From the NCBI GenBank assembly GCA_964019335.1, contig OZ025679.1:434001-498000 (forward strand): a stretch of DNA of 64,000 nt, given 5' to 3'. Each line of letters opens with the position of its first letter. The stretch's first letter is position 1. This document shows positions 57,329 to 64,000 of this stretch, in pieces. Both the position numbers and the translations under genes were made by a program. Under the pieces are notes generated by a model. The model was not told where the DNA came from. It was given only the letters and a program-made list of their open reading frames with translations, and did not search any database. Origin of the DNA: Diplonema japonicum. Lineage: Eukaryota; Protista; Euglenozoa: Diplonemea.

Positions 57329-57989
57329 TTTGCATGTGACATCATCTCTTTTTTTTTTTTCCCTGTGAATTTTATAAAAAAGCGTCCTTTTCTTTCATGT
57401 TCCTTGTTTATGTCCCATGGGTGGTAAGTGCACTCTTAGCCTTGAGCGTTCGACTACTGGCGACATAAAAGGCATTAAAAGTATTGTTTATTGCAGATCC
57501 CAATCTGGAAGACCACCAAGCTGCTGTGGGGTCATATATTTCTTTATGTTCTAATCCGTGTATATGTAGTCAGTTTGTTTGTTTTTCCGAAAAGCTCGTA
57601 TTTAGATATTCTCAGCGTGAGTTACAAAGGATAAAAGGTTTTTTTTTTCAATGGCCTTTTTGATTTTTGTTTTTTTGTTTTTTTTTTACATTCATTTTTT
57701 CAATTTAGTGTGCCTCCCCCCTCCCCCTGACCAATCACACCCCCTTTTTTTTTTCTTTCCTTTGTTTCGCCCCAGCCTTGTTTTTGAGAGAAATCCAGTA
57801 AGAAGGGGGAAAAAAAAATGTCACGGGTCTATTTTTATTTTCGATGGTGGCCCTTTTTTTTTTTTTTTTTGCTTCCCTCCATTCTTACCCTCAACCCTGT
57901 TCTTCTTCTTCTTCTTTTTGCTCCCCCTCCCCTGAAAACTCTTACCTTCCGCCAAGAAAAGAAAAAGGGAGAAAAAGAAAAAAGAAACA

Positions 57990-59797
57990 ATGTACTCCGA
58001 CATCGTGGCTACAGAAGGGAAAGGGAGTGCAGCAAAAACCTTCGAACTACCAAATAAAGCGAAACAAGGAGGCAAAGGCGGAAAAGGGTGGAAGGGAAAA
58101 GGGATGAGAATAGGCCAAGGTCTGGCTGACATGACACATATGCAAGCCCCTACCAAACTAAGGGAAGAACTGGCAAAAGACGAGTTAGAAAGGGTCCTGA
58201 GAGACGACGCCCCACAAGAAGCTTACAGGCGGAGACAGGGCGAGGTCAAGACAACCCTCCACTGGAACGAGAGGAAGGTGCTTCTCTCCGAGGCTGAGTT
58301 TCTTACAAAAGAAGCAGGCACTGACAAGGTCACTGTCATATATGTTGGTGCTGCCCACGGTACCCACATTCCTATCCTCTCGAAGATGTTCCCTGCCATC
58401 TCTTTCATCCTCATCGGCCCAGAGCAGCCTGCCTGCCAAGAGTCCCGTCGTATCAAGATTATCCTTTCTGAGCCCTCTCTCCAGCTCCTCACCGAGCTGA
58501 ACAACAAGTTCTGCAGCACTGCGTCGAAGCTTTTGTTCATTTGTAAAATGAAGCCCACCAATGTATGTAGGGGAGCAAAAAGAAGGGGGGGAAAGAAAAA
58601 CACTCCCTGCAGCCCGACAGCGATGCTTGCACTTCGACCGATCTCACCACGCAGCAAGATATGCTCAAGGCACTTGGTTCCGTCTCTGCTGCTCTACTTA
58701 AATTCAGGCTGCCTTACAGCAACGGGACGAGCTCGTACCCCAAGGGGAGGATCACCTTCCCCGTGTGGGGTGGGCAGACGTCGACGGAGGCGCGCATCCA
58801 GCCAGACATCCCCCTGCGCTGCGTGCGATATGACCACAAGAAGCACGAGGAGCAGATGTTCTACTTCAACACAGTAACACGTTTGAAGACATACCCGAGG
58901 TATTGCCCCTCGCACACCGAGCACAGCAGCCACGTGTTCGCCATGCAGGGCACAGGGTACGACTGGAGGTACGACTGCTCTGCTGAGATCGACATTTTGT
59001 ACAATTATGTGAAACTGGTGTGTTGTTTTTTTTAAAATTAAAAAAAGAAACCACAGACCGGCGCCAAATATTTCGAGATGATAGCCAACGAAAGGGAAAA
59101 AGAGCGCAGACGTGTCATGAAAGCAAAGGAGGAGCGCGATGTGGAGAAGGGGCGGAAGCGTCCTCGTGAAGAGGCGCACGAGGAGAGGACGACCGACCCG
59201 CTCGCGCATCTCATCATCAAACGTGCGGAGGACCTTGAGGACAGCGAGAGGGCGTTGTTGATCAGCAAGCTGAGCGACGAGCTGTCGAAGGAGCTAAGCT
59301 GCGGGAACTACACCTTGGAGACGCATCCCTTGACACACTTGCACGAGCCGAGGAGCAAGGAGCAGCCGTTCAACCAGAAGCTGAAACCTAAGGTGGGTGG
59401 TGGGTCGCTTGTGCAGGCAATGCCGCAGGCTGCCCCTGTGCAGCCAGTGAAGGAGCAAGTCGAGCAGGAGGCACCACAGAAAGCCAAACCCGTCGATGCG
59501 ATGCTGTCTTCTATCGGCGTCGACTTGGGCGACCTGAGCGACTCCGACAGTGAGAGCAGCGTAGAGGACGTGAAGCCCCCCAAGCGTGCACGTGTCGAGG
59601 AGGTCACGGAAGATCACATCCAAGCCACCTCCAACAAGGCCCTGGAGGGGTACATCAAGTCGCTGTCCACCAAACCCGCACCTGCTGTGCCGGAGAACCA
59701 AAAAACAGCAACCAAGCCAAAAGGCAGAACCCCATCGCCCCCGAGACAGAGACAGTCGCGCTCGAGGTTCGGCAGAGGCGGCTCCGACGATAGCTGA
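57990..59797 (+). CDS. VP39/poly(A)-polymerase-regulatory-subunit-like cap 2'-O-methyltransferase homologue with degenerate active site. Introns 58563-58612 and 59018-59056
   Basis: LHWNERKVLLSEAEFL, VIYVGAAHGTHI, LLKFRLPY, PVWGGQTSTEAR, YDHKKHEEQMFYFNTVTR and YDCSAEIDIL match the recalled family pattern. Confidence 0.82.
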
Positions 59798-59906
59798 GAC
59801 TCATCTTGGCGTTTTTTTTTTTTCTTTGTTTCTTTTTCATTTTTTAAGTGTCTTAACATTGTAGTACCTACATTTTGCTTCTGTTATCACCAAGCATGCA
59901 GAAGAA

Positions 59907-60414
59907 ATGGCACTTACACCCATCCCCAACATAGAGGTGGGCAGCGTTGTGCATGTAGCGGTGGTAGTGTTGAGGGAGGTGGCATGCGTGAGTATATCCA
60001 ACGATGAGAAAACAGCTGACGTTGCGGAGTTTGAGGTCACCGACAAGCACAGCAGAGCGCGTGTGTTGGCTACAACGGAAAAGCTAATAGCGAAGCTGAG
60101 GGAGAGCCGTGGGCAACAGTGTTTGCTTTTGAATGTAACATCTAGAATAGTGCCCACAAAGCCAGGCGAAGGTCACTTACGACTGCTACTCACTGAACCC
60201 ACATGTGCGGTGCCTTACCCTTGCGATCCTGATGAGGAGGAACATTTGGTATGCACTGTTAATGCTGAAAGCCACAACACTTAACTTAAAGACGGAGAGT
60301 TACCTTTTACAGCACGGTCTGTTACCCCATCTTCTCAGAACAGCAGACTCGCTGCTGCCCTCGAGCCCTTTTTCTGTGTCGGACGATCGTTCTTTTGAAT
60401 GCTATGACATGTAA
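59907..60414 (+). CDS. small hypothetical protein, possibly OB-fold-like. Intron from 60249 to 60291 or 60312
   Basis: ORF 59907-60284 continues in frame through a GTATGC..AG intron to TAA 60412-60414. Confidence 0.5.
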
Positions 60415-60462
60415 GTCTTTTAGTTTCGTTTTGACATCTTCATGCTCATCAAGGTCGTATAC

Positions 60463-63378
60463 ATGCAAAAAAAGAAAAGCAAGAGGTCGAAGAAAGGTCA
60501 GAATGACGTGTTTGGGCCAGATGAAGCGCAGGATGATGAAAAAGAGACGGAGGATAGTGAAAAAGAGACGCCCAAGAAAGAGCTCAGTGGGGCGAACTTG
60601 GTTGTGTCGCATCTTACAGACAAGGTATCGGAGACGCGGAGGTTGTCGATAGCAAGCGGCACTAGGAGGAAGGCAAGCATCCAACCGAATGTGCCGTCGG
60701 ATATGCTTGGTGAGCAAGTCACCAAGATGAAAGTTATAAACTCGCAGATCAAGGAGCTAGAAGCACAAGGCAGCGGCTACCACGATAAGGTGAACGATGC
60801 CATCGAAGAGCTGCGGGACCTCTCCGTAACCATTGAAACGAAATCGAGCTCAAGCTACATGGACGAAGTGCAAGCTAAAGTAGTTGAGAATGCCAAAACA
60901 TTGGACAAGCTGACGATGCAGTACAGCGCAAAGGAGAAGCAGCTCACTCTTGTTCTGGGAAGGGAGGATGCCATGTGCGGCAAGCTCCGACGGCGGATAG
61001 AAGAACTGCAGCTCAAGATAGCCGAGCTAACAGAAGCCGCTGCGCTCAGTAATGTTAAGCAGACGGAGTTAGACAAGCAGATCAAGAAGGTGGTGCACGG
61101 CGAAGAGCTGAGCATAAAGCAGATGAAGTTTAAACTGTTGAAGGAATTCCATTCGGTGGCCTTCAAGTCACCCACCGCTCAGGACAAACCAGGACTGACA
61201 GCTATTCAACAGTGGGTGACAAAGAAGTATGATACAGAGGAAGAGGTTACCAACGAGAAGACCAGCGGTGACGAAGAAGTTGCCACAGCTGCCCAGATGG
61301 ACAAGCTCAAGCGGCAGATCGACAGGCAAAAGCAGGAGGTGGATGAAGCGAGGAATGCTGTGAAGAGCAAAGAGGCACATATCAGAACAATGAAAGAAGA
61401 GGTGGCGAGACTTACCGCTATGAAACAAGGTGTGGGCCCTTCTGAAATGCGCAAGTTGCGCACCGCTGTTAAACGTCTGAATGAGAAGCAGAAAGACGTG
61501 AGGATCAAGGTGAGGGCACAAATGAATGCAATGAACAACATGTTGCAAAAAAACGAAGTGAAGCTAATGGAAGCATTCAAGATATTCGAGAAGAAGATAT
61601 GCGAAGGCGAGGAAAAGCTAGAGCGCGTCACGGAGGATCTGGAGAACTCGGAGAAGAAGGGACAGGTGCTGCTAGAGGTGCTGGAGGCATGCCCAGAAGG
61701 GATGCGCAAAATCACAAGCACCTTTGACCTCAATGCTCACAACACGCCGCTACCTCCCGGTTCCCCATCGTCGCCCATCAGGATGTCAGGCATCACGGAC
61801 TGCAAGATTAGCCAGCAGCTTGAAGCTCTAAACCAGGAACTGTTGGCAGTGGACGAGCTAGCAACCAATCACAAAAAAGTAATTGAGTCGGTGACGGTCT
61901 TGAAAATGGAGGTGAAAGGTTTCGAGAAAAACATCACAAAGCTGGAGAAGAAAGTAGCGCTGCAAGATGAACAGTTGGAAGAAACACAGCAGATGGTCGG
62001 GAGCTTAGAAACGCAGCTCGGTTCAGCGCAAGGGAAGCTGGCTACAACCGAGGCCAAGTTAGTCGAGGCCCGGGAGGATGTTGTGAAAAAAGAAAAGGAG
62101 CTGTCCGTTGTTGTTGCGAACAACAAGAAGAAAGAAATAAAAGAAACCACAGTGAGCATGCCTGCAACCATCACAACAGCGTCAGTTGCGAAGGTGCGCA
62201 AGATATGTGCCGATATAAACTACCAAGCTGAGAAACTGAGCAATCCGAGGGAGGTAAGGTGGATATGCAAGAAGATAGATGAGGTCGAAGCGCAGGCAGA
62301 GAATGCCTCCGTGCACGCAGAAACTGTATTTGGCGAGCTAGACTTCCTGCAAGAATTTGTGCAATTTCTGAACCAGCGTCCTACGCAGTCTGATGAGCCT
62401 CTGGAAGAGAGACAGATGCGGCGGGTACGGGAGCAGATCGACATCAGGAAACGGCGGTGGCTGATGTACCTTAGCAGCATTCACTTCGAAAGAAAGACAG
62501 CTTTACAGAAGCTGCAACGGTTGATTGCTACCGAGAAGGAAGCGTCACAACGTGTGGGGCGCAGCGTGTCCTTCATGCGGTGGCTTGACCAGAAGATGGA
62601 GTGCGTCAAAGACGCCATGACGGAGATTGTTGAAATCGAGAACGGTTTGTCGGAGAATGCAGTTGAGAGACTGCCTGTGTGGATGAAGTACAAGCCGAAT
62701 ACTGTGCAGACGTGGGTACCTAGGAGGGAGAGTAGCCCGTCACATGAGGAATCTGACTTTATGATGAGCGATGCAACGTGCGACCACAGGATTCGCGCCG
62801 CTGACCGGATCGTGTTTGAGAAGAAGGTCTACCGCCGTCTCACCCAGCGTGCCTCCCTCGCGGAGATCATTCCCCCCACAGAGCAGCCTACGTGCGAAAC
62901 GCTCCCCCCTGTCAACAACAGCCTCTCGCAGTCCAGCAGTGCAGTACAGCAACAGCAGCCGTCCCGCATCGAAACACCCTACATCAGGGTCTCGCAAGGC
63001 AACAACCAGCTCAAGGTCGGCACCGTTGACCTCTCGCTACCCGACGACATCAACCATGCAGGGCAGACCACACGCAACTATTGCGTCCCTGCAGCTAAGC
63101 CAAGCAGCCCTCCTAGGGGTCCTGTGACAGCACCGCCCACTTTTAAGGTCACGCACTTGCCTACCATTGAGTTGTCCACTCGAGTGGAGTGTTCCGACAC
63201 TGCTCTTGAAAAGGTAGAAGCAATAGTCTCATCTTACAAAGCCAAACGCCGTGACTCCATGTTGAAGAACCGGGGGCAGAAGCCCAGTAAGGACCTCACT
63301 CCTAACTGCGTCAACACAAAGACATCCCTGAACACCGCCCCTGCCCCGAGTGCTGCTACGTGCTTCACTCTTTGCTGA
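60463..63378 (+). CDS. large coiled-coil protein (~970 aa)
   Basis: Long ORF with extensive heptad repeats. Confidence 0.85.
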   Translation: MQKKKSKRSKKGQNDVFGPDEAQDDEKETEDSEKETPKKELSGANLVVSHLTDKVSETRRLSIASGTRRKASIQPNVPSDMLGEQVTKMKVINSQIKELEAQGSGYHDKVNDAIEELRDLSVTIETKSSSSYMDEVQAKVVENAKTLDKLTMQYSAKEKQLTLVLGREDAMCGKLRRRIEELQLKIAELTEAAALSNVKQTELDKQIKKVVHGEELSIKQMKFKLLKEFHSVAFKSPTAQDKPGLTAIQQWVTKKYDTEEEVTNEKTSGDEEVATAAQMDKLKRQIDRQKQEVDEARNAVKSKEAHIRTMKEEVARLTAMKQGVGPSEMRKLRTAVKRLNEKQKDVRIKVRAQMNAMNNMLQKNEVKLMEAFKIFEKKICEGEEKLERVTEDLENSEKKGQVLLEVLEACPEGMRKITSTFDLNAHNTPLPPGSPSSPIRMSGITDCKISQQLEALNQELLAVDELATNHKKVIESVTVLKMEVKGFEKNITKLEKKVALQDEQLEETQQMVGSLETQLGSAQGKLATTEAKLVEAREDVVKKEKELSVVVANNKKKEIKETTVSMPATITTASVAKVRKICADINYQAEKLSNPREVRWICKKIDEVEAQAENASVHAETVFGELDFLQEFVQFLNQRPTQSDEPLEERQMRRVREQIDIRKRRWLMYLSSIHFERKTALQKLQRLIATEKEASQRVGRSVSFMRWLDQKMECVKDAMTEIVEIENGLSENAVERLPVWMKYKPNTVQTWVPRRESSPSHEESDFMMSDATCDHRIRAADRIVFEKKVYRRLTQRASLAEIIPPTEQPTCETLPPVNNSLSQSSSAVQQQQPSRIETPYIRVSQGNNQLKVGTVDLSLPDDINHAGQTTRNYCVPAAKPSSPPRGPVTAPPTFKVTHLPTIELSTRVECSDTALEKVEAIVSSYKAKRRDSMLKNRGQKPSKDLTPNCVNTKTSLNTAPAPSAATCFTLC

Positions 63379-63471
63379 CGGCTTTCTTGTGCTGCTCTCT
63401 CTTCCGAGGAGCATTACATCGTAAACCAGTTGCTTTCTCCTTTGCAGTTGTCAGTCACTACAGGAATACAG

Positions 63472-64000
63472 ATGGAGCCGTATGTCGATGCTAGAGACCC
63501 TGTCTTCGAGGCAGGGGATGAGTACACCAGCACCCCAAGGAGCGCAGGGTATAAGTCTCAAAAAGAACTAGCGCGGCAAAAGCTGAACCACAACACCCCT
63601 CTGAAGCAATCAGTCTTGAGTCATCAAGACTCAAGCGGCTTGGAGCAAGAAGTTACCAGTTTGAGGAGCCTTGTTGCACAGCTCCAGGACAGCATTGTTG
63701 AAATGAAGAAATCTGAAAATCAGATGGAGCCGCCACCCCAGCCGCAGCGGCCGCCAATGCCCATTCCTTTGAAGTGGGAAGAAAGGGAGGGTATTGTCAA
63801 GGAGAACGCGGCCAGACTTGACCCCCGTCCCAGTGGAACAATGACTACATCGCATGCTGAGTTTGTTAAGCTGAAGAGAAGGCATGCAGCTGGCATCAGG
63901 CAGTCGCCAGGTCGTCGGGAGCAGCAAGAATCTACCTTTACGCCTGTGCCTAAGACGCCAGTTGCGAAGTCAGCGCTGAAGAAGACTAGATCGCCGTCAC
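63472..64000 (+). CDS. 3'-partial hypothetical protein (MEPYVDARDP...)
   Basis: ATG after a pyrimidine tract and CAG. The frame stays open toward the window end. Confidence 0.6.
   Translation, partial: MEPYVDARDPVFEAGDEYTSTPRSAGYKSQKELARQKLNHNTPLKQSVLSHQDSSGLEQEVTSLRSLVAQLQDSIVEMKKSENQMEPPPQPQRPPMPIPLKWEEREGIVKENAARLDPRPSGTMTTSHAEFVKLKRRHAAGIRQSPGRREQQESTFTPVPKTPVAKSALKKTRSPS

Noticed and set aside
60412-60453. GTAAGT..AAG intron fusing the 59907 and 60463 genes
   Set aside because: Splicing would enter the wrong reading frame, so they are treated as two genes.

Overview
This is eukaryotic nuclear DNA, most likely from a diplonemid (Euglenozoa). A 37-nt match to the Diplonema-type spliced-leader (SL) exon lies at 4502-4538. 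All ~25 host genes run on the + strand, and many are split by tiny (31-59 nt) GT-AG introns, often with a poly(A) tract where a polypyrimidine tract is expected. Recognisable genes: two tandem glutaredoxins, Rab geranylgeranyltransferase beta, a BAR-like protein, an AlkB-family dioxygenase, pirin, a GAR-domain protein, a PhyH-family dioxygenase, two tandem LVIVD/TPAP-stalk/multi-TM surface proteins, a CCR4/PDE12-type nuclease, a class-C-GPCR-like 7TM-ankyrin fusion and a degenerate VP39-like cap 2'-O-methyltransferase. Mobile DNA: three decayed LINE-like retrotransposons (one retains an APE endonuclease remnant), a piggyBac relic, two non-autonomous TIR elements and a short dispersed repeat. 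The most striking signal is that two related LINE copies, broken at different internal points, both begin with SL sequence followed by a short anti-SL arm that folds back over the SL 3' end. All calls come from reading the sequence and from recalled family motifs; no searches were run.
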